From an uncultured delta proteobacterium (GTDB lineage: Bacteria; Desulfobacterota; Desulfobacteria; Desulfobacterales; JAFDCJ01), in NCBI GenBank assembly GCA_963769935.1, contig CAVYNY010000010.1, forward strand, positions 640,001 to 704,000: a stretch of 64,000 nt of DNA. The letters run 5' to 3'. The position numbers were made by a program, and so were the translations under genes. Shown one piece after another: positions 19,375 to 28,766 of the stretch. The notes under the pieces are model-generated. The model worked only from the letters and a program-made list of their open reading frames with translations. It had not been told where the DNA came from and made no database searches. Each line of letters begins with the position of its first letter. The stretch's first letter is position 1.

Positions 19375-21426
19375 ATGGCTTCATCCATCCCGATCGTGTG
19401 TCCTTTCTGCGGGGTTGGCTGCAACCTGGAACTCATACTGGATGAAAACGGCCGGCCGATCAAGAGCGGCGCGGCCGGACGCAACCCCGAATTGAACGGC
19501 AAATATGCCTGTATAAAAGGCTTTTCGGTCTATGAGCTTTTAAATCATCCCGAGCGCCTGAGGCAGCCCTATATTCGCAGCGCCGACAAGCTGGAATTGG
19601 TTTCATGGGAAGATGCCGTCGCCGCGGCCTCGCAGGCCTTGATGGCAGCCATCAAAAAATACGGCCCGGAAAGCGTCGGGCTGCTGTGCAGCGGTAAAAT
19701 TCTTAATGAAGAAGCTTACCTGTCGCAAAAGTTCCAGCGGGCCGTTATCGGCAACAACCATATCGACAATTGCGCCCGGTTGTGCCACGGACCCTCCGAG
19801 GCGGCTTTGAGGCAGCAATTGGGCTATGGTGCCGTCAGCACGTTCCTGGAAGACTATGATGCCACTGAAACGGTATTCGTGGTCGGCGCCCACACCACCT
19901 TCACCCATCCGGTGATTTGGATGAGCGTCAAACGGCGTGCCAAAAAAGGCGGCCTGAACCTGATTCTGGCCGACCCCCGTGAAACTGATCTCGTTAAAAA
20001 CGCGGCAGTCCACCTCAAGGTCAAACCCGGTACGGACATTTTCTGGCTCAAGGCCCTGATGAAGATTATAATCGATAAAGGCTGGCATGACCGTGCATTC
20101 TGCGAAAAGCAGACGATCGGTTTCAAGGCTGTGTGCCGGTCGGTCGAAGATTTTGATATTGCGGCAGCCTGCAAACGCGCAGGCGTCAAGCGCGAGGAAC
20201 TGGAAAAAGCCGCCGAGCTGATCCACAATAAAAAGACGATATTCATCTGGGGCATGGGCCTCACCCAGCATGCTCACGGAACGGATAACGTCACGGCCCT
20301 GGTAGACCTGGCCCTGCTGACCGGCAACATCGGAAAACCCGGCTGCGGGCTGTCGCCGCTGCGCGGTCAGAACAACGTGCAGGGCGTCGGGGATATGGGT
20401 GCTCTGCCCAATCTGCTGGCCGGGCATATGGAGGTTGACGACGAAGCCGCCCGTATTCATGTGGGCGCCATATGGGGCGCCGAGGTACCCTCCCAAAGAG
20501 GATTGGCGGCGCCTGAAATGATCCATGATATTGCTTCACGTAAAATCAGGGCGCTATACGTCATCGGCGAAAACCCGGCCGTATCCGAACCCCAGTCAAA
20601 TTTTGTCGCCTGGATGCTCCAGCAACTCGACCTGTTGATTGTACAGGACATCTTCCCCAACGAGACGTCCAAATACGCCCATATTGTCCTGCCGGCGGCA
20701 ATGGTAGGCGAAAAAGACGGCACCTTCACCAATGCTGCGCGGCGGGTTCAATACACGGCCGCCGGCCTTAAACCTCCGGGGGAGGCCAAGCCGGACTGGC
20801 AGATACTCCAGGAGATGGCCAACGCCATGGGGGCGAATTGGCACTATGCATCGACCTCCGACATCTGGGAGGAGATTCGCGCAGCGGCGCCGGTTTTCAG
20901 CGGCATCAGCCACAACCGGCTCAGAAAATCCAACGGCATCTTCTGGCCCTGTTACGATGAATCCCATCCGGGAACCCCGCGCCTTTATGAAGACGGATTT
21001 GGATTCCGGGATCGACGCGCCCGATTTCTGCCGGTTGAATTGCCGGAAACACTTATGGAACCCACGGAAGCGTATCCCTATATCCTGATCACCGGTCGTC
21101 TGCTGGAGCATTTCAACACCGGCGAAATGTCGCGTCGATCGACCAAACTTGCCCGACTCAAGCCGTCGTCGTATCTGGATATGAATCCCCTTGACGCCGC
21201 GGAGGCCGGTCTGGCCGAAAATGATATCGTGCGCATGACCAGTCCTCACGGAACGGTCCTTTTGCCGCTGAAGCTGGAAGCCAGTATGCAGCGCGGGTAT
21301 CTGTTTGCACCGATTCATTACAGCGAACCCAACTTTAATTCGTTGATGAGTGCGGTCCCCATTGACACCAAAGCGAGGATGCCGGCGCTGAAGGTCGTGC
21401 CGGTTAAGGTGGAGTTGTCTAGGTAG
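19375..21426 (+). CDS. Molybdopterin oxidoreductase, formate dehydrogenase alpha (FdhF)-like, cytoplasmic
   Basis: CPFCGVGC...C [4Fe-4S] motif, DNCARLCH (Cys ligand plus His), LRGQNNVQG..DMG, C-terminal LITGR...HFNTG; no Tat signal; AAGGAG RBS. Confidence 0.9.
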   Translation: MASSIPIVCPFCGVGCNLELILDENGRPIKSGAAGRNPELNGKYACIKGFSVYELLNHPERLRQPYIRSADKLELVSWEDAVAAASQALMAAIKKYGPESVGLLCSGKILNEEAYLSQKFQRAVIGNNHIDNCARLCHGPSEAALRQQLGYGAVSTFLEDYDATETVFVVGAHTTFTHPVIWMSVKRRAKKGGLNLILADPRETDLVKNAAVHLKVKPGTDIFWLKALMKIIIDKGWHDRAFCEKQTIGFKAVCRSVEDFDIAAACKRAGVKREELEKAAELIHNKKTIFIWGMGLTQHAHGTDNVTALVDLALLTGNIGKPGCGLSPLRGQNNVQGVGDMGALPNLLAGHMEVDDEAARIHVGAIWGAEVPSQRGLAAPEMIHDIASRKIRALYVIGENPAVSEPQSNFVAWMLQQLDLLIVQDIFPNETSKYAHIVLPAAMVGEKDGTFTNAARRVQYTAAGLKPPGEAKPDWQILQEMANAMGANWHYASTSDIWEEIRAAAPVFSGISHNRLRKSNGIFWPCYDESHPGTPRLYEDGFGFRDRRARFLPVELPETLMEPTEAYPYILITGRLLEHFNTGEMSRRSTKLARLKPSSYLDMNPLDAAEAGLAENDIVRMTSPHGTVLLPLKLEASMQRGYLFAPIHYSEPNFNSLMSAVPIDTKARMPALKVVPVKVELSR

Positions 21427-21611
21427 TAAATTGCTAAAAAGCGCCCTTCAATCCAAATAATTATTGCAATCTCCAACTTCTTGAACTAATGAATGAACCG
21501 ATCTGGCAATGTTTGCCGGTTATCCGTCCGGTTATGGGATGAAAAGGAAATTTGGCAATACGTGCTATTTTGCCGACATTTCGATACCGTTCGAGCTGTC
21601 AGGAGTTGTCT

Positions 21612-23258
21612 ATGCTTGCGACATCAATAGTGAAAAGCCCTTGTTTGGTGAAATCTTGTCGAAATCTGCAGATAAATCCAACATCCGCCTTGTTGAGACT
21701 CATCGCTTCGGTACTGATTTTGAGCGGCTGCACGATGGTGGGACCGGATTATGTTAAGCCAACGGCACCGGAACCGGAGAAATGGCTTGAGTCCGGGAGC
21801 CCGAAGATCAAAAGCCAGCAGGGAAAATTCGGCGATTGGTGGACCGTATTCAATGATCCGGCGCTCGATGAATTGATCCAGGCCGCCAATCAGCAGAATT
21901 TGACGCTGCAAATTGCCGGCTTACGGATCTATGAGGCCCGGGCGCAACTGGGGATTGCCTTCGGTTTTCAATTTCCCCAGACCCAGCAGGGCCTGGGCTC
22001 GGCCTCCCTCAACCAGGTCAGTAAAAATGCGCCCAATGCAGTGAGCGCCGACAGGTATTATTCCAATTTCGATATTGGATTGGATGCGGCCTGGGAGTTG
22101 GATGTCTGGGGCAAATTTCGCCGCGCGGTGCAAACCGGCGTGGCCAACCTGGAGGCATCCATCGCGAATTACGACGATATTCTGGTGTCGCTGACCGCCG
22201 AGGTCGCGCGCACGTATATCTTCATGCGTACCGCCGAAGAACGCCTGGGGGTGTCCCGCCAAAATGTCGAAATACAGCAGAAATCCCTGAATATCGCCGA
22301 GGTCCGGTTTAACGCCGGAGCAGTGACCGAACTCGATGTCAGCCAGGCCAAAGCCCTTTTGCGCTCCACCCAGGCAACCATCCCCGGCTTTGAGACGGAT
22401 ATTCGCCAGGCCAAAAACGCCCTGGCCACTTTACTGGGCAAACTTCCCGGTGAAATCGATGCGATGCTGGGCGGTCCCGGGCTCATTCCGAAAGTCCCGG
22501 TCGAGGTGGCAGTGGGCATCCCGGCGGAACTGCTCCGCAGACGACCGGACATCCGGTTTGCCGAACGCCAGCTGGCGGCGCAAAGTGCCCAGATCGGCTT
22601 TGCCAAAGCCGATCTTTACCCGCATTTTTCCCTGTTCGGCTCCCTGGGATTTCAAACCAGCGGCAATACGGATTTTCGCTCCAACAATGCTCAATTCAGC
22701 GACCTGTTTAAAACCGACAGCTTCACGTATTCCACCGGCGGCGGCTTTAACTGGGATCTTTTCAACTATGGGCGCATCACCAACCGGGTGCGTGTGGAAG
22801 ACGCCCGATTTCAGGAACTGGCGGTCAATTATGAGGACACCGTCATCCGGGCCGCCCAGGAAGTCGAAGACGCCATGGTGGGCTTCCTGAATTCCCAGGA
22901 ATCCGTCTTTTACCTGGCGGACGCCGTCAAGGCCTCGAAACGTTCGGTGGATTTATCCTTGATCCAGTACCGTGAGGGACTGGTCGACTACCAGCGGGTG
23001 TTGGACACCCAGCGCGATTTAACCACCCAACAGGACAACCTTGTCGCTACCGCCGGATCGGTGGGGACAAATTTAGTCGCGCTTTACAGGTCCCTGGGCG
23101 GAGGCTGGGAGATTCGCGAGGGCCAGGATTTTATACCGGCAAGCCTCAAAGAAGAAATGGAGAACAGGACCGACTGGGGCGGCATGCTGACGCCGAAAAA
23201 AACAGAATATCCGCCGTCACAGGATGTCAGATCAATCGTCCATAGGCCGGATTGGTAG
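21612..23258 (+). CDS. Efflux transporter outer membrane lipoprotein (NodT/OprM/TolC family)
   Basis: Lipobox LSGC, VGPDY, WW..FNDP.L..LI, WELDVWG..RR, LLRRRPDI..AER, LYRSLGGGW; start codon uncertain. Confidence 0.92.
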   Translation: MLATSIVKSPCLVKSCRNLQINPTSALLRLIASVLILSGCTMVGPDYVKPTAPEPEKWLESGSPKIKSQQGKFGDWWTVFNDPALDELIQAANQQNLTLQIAGLRIYEARAQLGIAFGFQFPQTQQGLGSASLNQVSKNAPNAVSADRYYSNFDIGLDAAWELDVWGKFRRAVQTGVANLEASIANYDDILVSLTAEVARTYIFMRTAEERLGVSRQNVEIQQKSLNIAEVRFNAGAVTELDVSQAKALLRSTQATIPGFETDIRQAKNALATLLGKLPGEIDAMLGGPGLIPKVPVEVAVGIPAELLRRRPDIRFAERQLAAQSAQIGFAKADLYPHFSLFGSLGFQTSGNTDFRSNNAQFSDLFKTDSFTYSTGGGFNWDLFNYGRITNRVRVEDARFQELAVNYEDTVIRAAQEVEDAMVGFLNSQESVFYLADAVKASKRSVDLSLIQYREGLVDYQRVLDTQRDLTTQQDNLVATAGSVGTNLVALYRSLGGGWEIREGQDFIPASLKEEMENRTDWGGMLTPKKTEYPPSQDVRSIVHRPDW

Positions 23259-23278
23259 ATCGGGTTGCGGGGGCTAAC

Positions 23279-23455
23279 GGAATGACAAACGACGATTGTC
23301 GAATGTCGAATGAAGGAATTCTATCTGTTTTAAAATGTTTTCAAGCCGCAGCGACACGCGGCGCAAGCGACCCCGCAGCGTCAGGGCTTGCGCGACGTGT
23401 GCGCTGCGCAAGCGGCTTTCATAATTAGTCATTAGTCAATATTCAATTGTCATTT
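23279..23455. repeat. Copy 2 of the dispersed heptamer palindrome, carrying an extra 60-bp GC-rich hairpin
   Basis: 26-nt identity to 5510-5535; extra GCAGCGACACGCGGCGCAAGC...GCTTGCGCGACGTGTGCGCTGC at 23348-23407. Confidence 0.8.
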
Positions 23456-23494
23456 AATTAGGGTACCAACGGAGGGACTCATCGGAAAACTGCC

Positions 23495-24045
23495 ATGACC
23501 CAGGAATTTGATCCCAGAAAAAGCTACCTGGCTGTTAAAGCCAACGAAAAGATGATTGCCTATGCCGGCTTTGCCGTGGTCTTCGAAGAAGACGGTAAAC
23601 GCAAGGAAGGCGTCGTTAAAATTTCATCTTTTCATCGCCCCTACGGCGGCGGATATCTGACGCTGACTTTTATTGTCGACAAAGGTCGGGACGACGCACT
23701 AAAACTCAACTTGAGAAGTTAGGCAAAAAAATTACGGAAGATTCACTCAGACCCATGCTGGGTAAAAACTTCGAAAGAATCGTCAAAGTCGACCTGGATG
23801 TGCTCGACGAAATCAAGGGATGGTACATAGAGGAAATTAATGTCTATTTTCGTACTCTCGCCGAACGGGAAAAGGTGCTGATTGAAGAAAAACTGCTGCC
23901 GGCTCTGGAATGCATCCTGCCCTTTAAGTTCGAAACGGTGGAATGGTGGCCGGCGGGCAAAGGAACCGAACCGCCGGCCGGCAAGGAAATCGCAGAGCAA
24001 AAATCGGTCAAGGGATTCTTTAGAAAGTGGTTTAGATCAGGATAG
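23495..24045 (+). pseudogene. Hypothetical protein split by an apparent one-base deletion near 23700
   Basis: The frame of ORF 23755-24045 is open upstream to at least 23701 (KTQLEKLGKKITEDSLRP); one more A in the AAAA run at 23701-23704 fuses both ORFs. Confidence 0.6.
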
Positions 24046-24250
24046 TAAGAAGTTGATTGTTGATAGTGAGTAGTTCATAGTTGATGGTAGGAGGAATGTA
24101 TTGTCATTATTTTATTTATCTAATAGAATTGAATCAACCAATGAATCTAATCAACCGCTAAATATACTTTCGGCTCATCTAATTTTAAAACTTTCGATTA
24201 TGTGCCGGCAACTATACACTATGAACTTTGTACTATGAACTATCAGCTTC
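24041..24250. repeat. Intergenic heptamer palindrome
   Basis: Left arm GTTGATA/GTTCATA-type units, right arm ACTATGA/ACTATCA-type units (reverse complement). Confidence 0.75.
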
Positions 24251-24262
24251 TCAGGAGACCGC

Positions 24263-24637
24263 ATGGCGTTAAAAATTAAATCAAACACAAGAGGGCCGGG
24301 AATTTTCGTCGTGTCCCCCATCGGCTCCATTGATGCGAGTACGTTTGACCTTTTTGACGAGAAGATGGATGATATCCTGGGGCAAAAACCGGATGTCATC
24401 ATTTTCGACATGGAGTTTGCCGATTACATCAGCAGCTCAGGCATCCGTGTGCTTTTAAAAACCAAAAAGGCCCTCAAACAAACAGATGGCCGGATGGTTT
24501 TCATGAAACTTCAGCCTCAGATCCAAAAAGTCTTTGATATCCTCAGGGCCATCCCGACGCTTAAAGTTTTTGCCAGCATCGAGGAATTGGACAATTATCT
24601 GGACAAAATGCAGAAAGCTGTCAAGCAGCATAATTGA
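24263..24637 (+). CDS. STAS domain protein (anti-sigma factor antagonist)
   Basis: G.ID, YISSSGIRVLL (phospho-Ser motif), LQPQIQKVFDI. Confidence 0.9.
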   Translation: MALKIKSNTRGPGIFVVSPIGSIDASTFDLFDEKMDDILGQKPDVIIFDMEFADYISSSGIRVLLKTKKALKQTDGRMVFMKLQPQIQKVFDILRAIPTLKVFASIEELDNYLDKMQKAVKQHN

Positions 24638-24658
24638 GAGGGTCACCGGTTTTCAAAT

Positions 24659-25057
24659 ATGAAGAAATTACTGATCTTTCCGCTGTTGATGATATCGTTG
24701 CTTTCCTGTGCCCACGGCAAAACAGCCAATTTCCCCACCCTCGACGATCCAGCCGCCAACGCGCAGGTGTATGTCATTCGGGACAACAATTTTATGGGCT
24801 GGGGCTTTTCTTTGAAGGTGGCTTTGGACGATTCGATTATCGCCCGTCTTCGGTCGGGTGAATACGTTTCTTTTTATGTCAAGCCCGGATTCCATTCCCT
24901 GGGAATATCCGAACCGACCCTCACCGTTCCCCTTGAGAAGAGCAAAAAGTATTATTTCCTGATCAGTGCGGATTATACCAGTTTCGGATTCGAGCTCGAT
25001 CGCATCAGCGACCACCAGGGCGAGTACTGGCTTGAAAGGACAAAGCCGGTAGAATGA
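24659..25057 (+). CDS. Small lipoprotein, DUF2846-like
   Basis: MKK signal with lipobox LSC; A.VYVIR, L..GEY..F.V.PG.H.L pattern. Confidence 0.65.
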   Translation: MKKLLIFPLLMISLLSCAHGKTANFPTLDDPAANAQVYVIRDNNFMGWGFSLKVALDDSIIARLRSGEYVSFYVKPGFHSLGISEPTLTVPLEKSKKYYFLISADYTSFGFELDRISDHQGEYWLERTKPVE

Positions 25058-25058
25058 A

Positions 25059-25146
25059 AAGCAAAGCGCATAGCGCAAAGGGTTATCAATAAAATGAAAG
25101 CTTCATTTAAGTTTCCTCTTTGCCCTCTGCTCTCTGCGCTTTGCTT
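25059..25146. repeat. Heptamer palindrome between convergent genes
   Basis: GCAAAGC-GCATAGC-GCAAAGG facing TTTGCCC-TCTGCTC-TCTGCGC-TTTGC. Confidence 0.75.
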
Positions 25147-26490
25147 TTAAGCAACCAGCACCATATACACATCCGATACATTCGTCCGGGTAGGCCCGGT
25201 GATAATCAGATCTCCCAGCGGTTGAAAGAAGTGATAGGAGTCGTTGCGTCTGAGAAAGTCCAAGGCATCAAGGTCGTTGGCACGGGCCCTGGTTATCGTG
25301 CTGCCATCGGCGATAGCCCCTGCGGCATCGGTCGGACCATCCGTCCCGTCCGTGCCCCCGCTTAAAACGACGATATTTTCCATGCCGTCGATGATGATGG
25401 CCGACGCCAATGCGAATTCCTGGTTGCGGCCGCCTTTACCCTGCCCCTGAATCGTTACCGTGGTTTCTCCGCCGCACAAAATACAGGCGGGCGCTGGAAT
25501 CGGGTTCGCTGAATTGCGAACTTCTTTGGCAAAAGCCGCAAACATTTTGACCACCTCCCTTGCTTCTCCTTCCACGGTGGAAGAAAGAATCAATGACTGA
25601 TAGCCCTTCAACTGAGCCTCTTTACTCGCGGCGATCAAGGCCTGGATGTTGGTTCCCACCAGCTCGGAGTAACAGCGCCGGAAAACGGCATCACCCGCCT
25701 TGGGGGTATCTTCGATGTCGCCGGACAAACCCTGCCGAATGCGATGTTGTATGGATTCGGGAACCTGATTCCAGATGTCATACTTTTGAAACACGCCCCT
25801 GGCATCGGCAAATGTACTGGTATCCGGCACCGCGGGCCCGGATGCAATCACATTCAAATCATCTCCGATAACATCCGAGAGAATCAGGCTCACCACCGTT
25901 GCCGGATAGGCCAAGCGGGCCAACCCGCCCCCTTTGGCCCGGGAGAGATGCTTTCTGACGGTGTTGATTTCATGAATATCCGCGCCGCAGGCCAAAAGCA
26001 AACGCGTCACTTCCTGTTTGTCCTCGAGGGTGACCCCTTCGGCCGGAGCCACCAGCAAGGCGGATCCGCCGCCGGAAATGACGCAGATTACCAGATCCCG
26101 CTCGCCGGCCGCATTTACCAGCGATAGAACATCCTCGGCACCTCGAATTCCGCGATCATCGGGGACCGGGTGCCCGGCCTCATGAATGCGCACGTGCTGC
26201 AGCGGCAGACCGTGGCCTTCCTTGACCACGATCACACCATCTGATATCCGATCACCCAGCAGGCCTTCCAGGGCTTTGGCCATGGGCGCCCCGGCTTTGC
26301 CGGTTCCTGCCACCAGGATACGATCATAATCCGCAAATTTAAAACGGTGCTCGCCAATTTGTAAACCGTCCTCTACCGGTTTGACATAGCGCAGAATTGC
26401 TTCCACCGGATCTACAGCCCTGAGAGCCGCCTGAAAAATCTCCCTCGCATGCTGCCGCATTGTTTTAACCTGATCAGACCGTGTCGACAT
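25147..26490 (-). CDS. Glycerate 2-kinase (MOFRL/TtuD/GckA family)
   Basis: GKAG..MA, HPVPD, ISGGGSALL, INTVRKHLS..KGG.LA, SDV.GD, IASGP, GGETTV...G.G.GGRNQE, TDG.DG, TG.T.TNV.D. Confidence 0.92.
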   Translation of the reverse strand: MSTRSDQVKTMRQHAREIFQAALRAVDPVEAILRYVKPVEDGLQIGEHRFKFADYDRILVAGTGKAGAPMAKALEGLLGDRISDGVIVVKEGHGLPLQHVRIHEAGHPVPDDRGIRGAEDVLSLVNAAGERDLVICVISGGGSALLVAPAEGVTLEDKQEVTRLLLACGADIHEINTVRKHLSRAKGGGLARLAYPATVVSLILSDVIGDDLNVIASGPAVPDTSTFADARGVFQKYDIWNQVPESIQHRIRQGLSGDIEDTPKAGDAVFRRCYSELVGTNIQALIAASKEAQLKGYQSLILSSTVEGEAREVVKMFAAFAKEVRNSANPIPAPACILCGGETTVTIQGQGKGGRNQEFALASAIIIDGMENIVVLSGGTDGTDGPTDAAGAIADGSTITRARANDLDALDFLRRNDSYHFFQPLGDLIITGPTRTNVSDVYMVLVA

Positions 26491-26509
26491 GCCTTTCCTT
26501 TCGTGTTTG

Positions 26510-26738
26510 TATTAGAAGACAGGGGACAGAAGGTGAGAAGCTGGGAGGCTGGGAAGCAAAACCAAAGCCGGCATCCAGTATCTAAAATTCTCGGGTCGGC
26601 CGTTTCTGGTAAAATTTTTGCCTTAAACCTTGCGCCTACAGCCTTTCACCTTTAGCCTTTTGATTTTTGCCTCATCCCCCATCCAGTATCCAGTATCCAG
26701 TATCAAGTATCCAGTATCAAGTATCCAGCATCGAGCCC
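26510..26738. repeat. Mosaic of 7-8-mer tandem repeats
   Basis: (ATCCAGT/ATCAAGT)n, 7-8 units at 26681-26736; GAAGGTGA-GAAGCTGG-GAGGCTGG octamers as at ~7604. Confidence 0.8.
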
Positions 26739-26742
26739 CAAA

Positions 26743-27744
26743 TTAAAGCGCTGCCATTCTATCAATCAAATCCACCACGCGATTCGAATAGCCCCACTCG
26801 TTGTCGTACCATGAGACAATCCTGACAAAGCCGTCCTGCAGGGATATGGTGGACAGCGCATCAAAAATACTGGAATGAGGATTGCCGATGATGTCGCTTG
26901 AGACCAGTGGTGCCTCACTGTATTCGACGACCTTTCGCATCGGACCTTCGGCAGCTTCCCGCACCGCCGCATTTACTTCTTCGACGGATGGCTTGCTCCC
27001 CAGGCGGGCCACCAGGTCCACGATGGAACCGTCCGGCACCGGAACGCGCATGGCCAGTCCGTCCAATTTGCCCTTCAATTGCGGCAGCACCTTGCCGACC
27101 GCCCGGGCCGCACCGGTGGTCGTGGGGATAATATTCTCACCTGCAGCGCGGCTGCGCCGGAAATCTTTGTGGGGGACATCGGCCAGACGCTGGTCGTTGG
27201 TATAGGCGTGGACCGTGGTGATGAACCCTTCCTCGATGCCGAAAGATTCGTCCAGAATTTTGGCAATCGGTGCCAGGCAGTTCGTGGTGCAGGACGCATT
27301 GGAAACGATGCGGTGTTCCGGCTTGAGCTGATCGTCGTTGACGCCAAGTACGATGGTGGCATCGATTTCATCTTTGGCAGGTACCGTGAGAATCACTTTG
27401 CCGGCGCCGGCCGCTAAATGCTTTTCCAGAGCCTTTCTTTCGCGAAACACGCCGGTTGATTCGATGACAAAGTCAACCCCTAAATCCTTCCAGGGTGTTT
27501 CAGCCGGGTCCCGCTCGTCGGTCATGACAACTTTTCGATCGTCCACATACATGGCATCGGCAGTGGCCCGCACCTCCTTTGGAAAGATACCCATCACCGT
27601 ATCGTATTTCAGCAGGTAGGCGAGTTGCTCGTTATCAAACAGGTCGTTGATGCATACGACGTTCACATCACCGCGATCACTTAAAATGCGAAAGACGCTG
27701 CGGCCGATGCGGCCGAAGCCGTTTATTCCGATGTTTATAGCCAT
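26743..27744 (-). CDS. gap: Glyceraldehyde-3-phosphate dehydrogenase, type I (canonical)
   Basis: INGFGRIGR, ESTG, SNASCTTNC, HAYTNDQ, IIPTTTGAA, MRVP, WYDNEWGYS. Confidence 0.97.
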   Translation of the reverse strand: MAINIGINGFGRIGRSVFRILSDRGDVNVVCINDLFDNEQLAYLLKYDTVMGIFPKEVRATADAMYVDDRKVVMTDERDPAETPWKDLGVDFVIESTGVFRERKALEKHLAAGAGKVILTVPAKDEIDATIVLGVNDDQLKPEHRIVSNASCTTNCLAPIAKILDESFGIEEGFITTVHAYTNDQRLADVPHKDFRRSRAAGENIIPTTTGAARAVGKVLPQLKGKLDGLAMRVPVPDGSIVDLVARLGSKPSVEEVNAAVREAAEGPMRKVVEYSEAPLVSSDIIGNPHSSIFDALSTISLQDGFVRIVSWYDNEWGYSNRVVDLIDRMAAL

Positions 27745-28766
27745 TATGCCGCCTCCTTTTCAAATTCAGCGAAAGTATTGATGAGGTCTACCACCCGGTG
27801 GGCATAGCCCCAGCCATTGTCGTACCAGGAAAGAGTTTTGGAGACGCGCTCGCCCATCACCATGGTGGCCAGGGAATCGAAGGTAGTCGAGTAGGGGCTG
27901 CGAATGATGTCGCTGGAAACAATGGGGTCGTCCTCATACTCGATGATATCGTGCCATTTATCGGTTGAGGCGGCTGTTCGCACCACCTCGTTGATTGCGG
28001 TTACGGTTACCGGTTTTTCATGCCAGCAGACCAGATCCACCACCGAACCGTTGGGAACGGGAACATTCATAGACCCGCCGCTGAGGCGTCCTTGCATCGC
28101 GGGTATCAGACTGGAAACCATCAGAGCGGCATCGGTTGTCTGGGGAATGATGTTTTCGGCAGCCGCGCGGCCGCGGCGCTTATCTTCGGAGGGAACATCC
28201 GCCAGGCGCTGCTGGTTGGTATAGGCATGCACGGTACTCAAAAACGCCCGTTGGATCCCGAAGGCTTCGTGCAGGATCTTGACGATCGGCGCCGCACAGT
28301 GGGCCGTGCACGAACCGTTGGAGACAATGCGGTGCTGCGGTGTCAGCTGATCGTCGTTGACGCCCATCACCACCGTGATATCCGGCGGATCCTGGGCCGG
28401 AGCGCACAGAATTACCCGTTTGGCGCCGCGTTCGAGATGCCGTTCAAGCTGCCGGCGCGACCATTTGCGGGCGGTAGCCTCGATAACCACATCGACCCCA
28501 AGGTCTCCCCAGGGCACGTCACCGGGTTCTTTTTCCGAAAGCATCGGAATCTGGCGTCCGGCCACGTAGAGATGTTCTTCCTTGACGCTGACTTCATCCG
28601 GAAAGGGTCCCAAAATCGTGTCGAAACGCAGCAGATACTCAAGTGCCTTGTGATCGGCAATATCGCTGATCGCCCGCAACCGGATAGCCTGGCTCTGGTA
28701 GAGAATGCGGAAGAGGTTTCTGCCGATCCTGCCAAACCCCATTAAGCCTATACCTATGGTTGACAT
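27744..28766 (-). CDS. Divergent GAPDH paralog
   Basis: MGFGRIGR, SNGSCTAHC, HAYTNQQ, IIPQTTDAA, MNVP, WYDNGWGYA; stop overlaps the gap start (TAATG); AGGAGG RBS. Confidence 0.9.
   Translation of the reverse strand: MSTIGIGLMGFGRIGRNLFRILYQSQAIRLRAISDIADHKALEYLLRFDTILGPFPDEVSVKEEHLYVAGRQIPMLSEKEPGDVPWGDLGVDVVIEATARKWSRRQLERHLERGAKRVILCAPAQDPPDITVVMGVNDDQLTPQHRIVSNGSCTAHCAAPIVKILHEAFGIQRAFLSTVHAYTNQQRLADVPSEDKRRGRAAAENIIPQTTDAALMVSSLIPAMQGRLSGGSMNVPVPNGSVVDLVCWHEKPVTVTAINEVVRTAASTDKWHDIIEYEDDPIVSSDIIRSPYSTTFDSLATMVMGERVSKTLSWYDNGWGYAHRVVDLINTFAEFEKEAA

Noticed and set aside
19780..19790. Selenocysteine in the FdhF-like protein
   Set aside because: The ligand codon is TGC (Cys) and the ORF has no internal TGA
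19603..21318. Long antisense ORFs (19603-20526, 20596-21318; likewise 28020-28745, 45270-46052, 60415-61122)
   Set aside because: Shadow frames opposite well-supported genes, with no recognisable motifs
23720..23722. TAG as pyrrolysine readthrough joining the two hypothetical ORFs
   Set aside because: The downstream ORF is in a different frame
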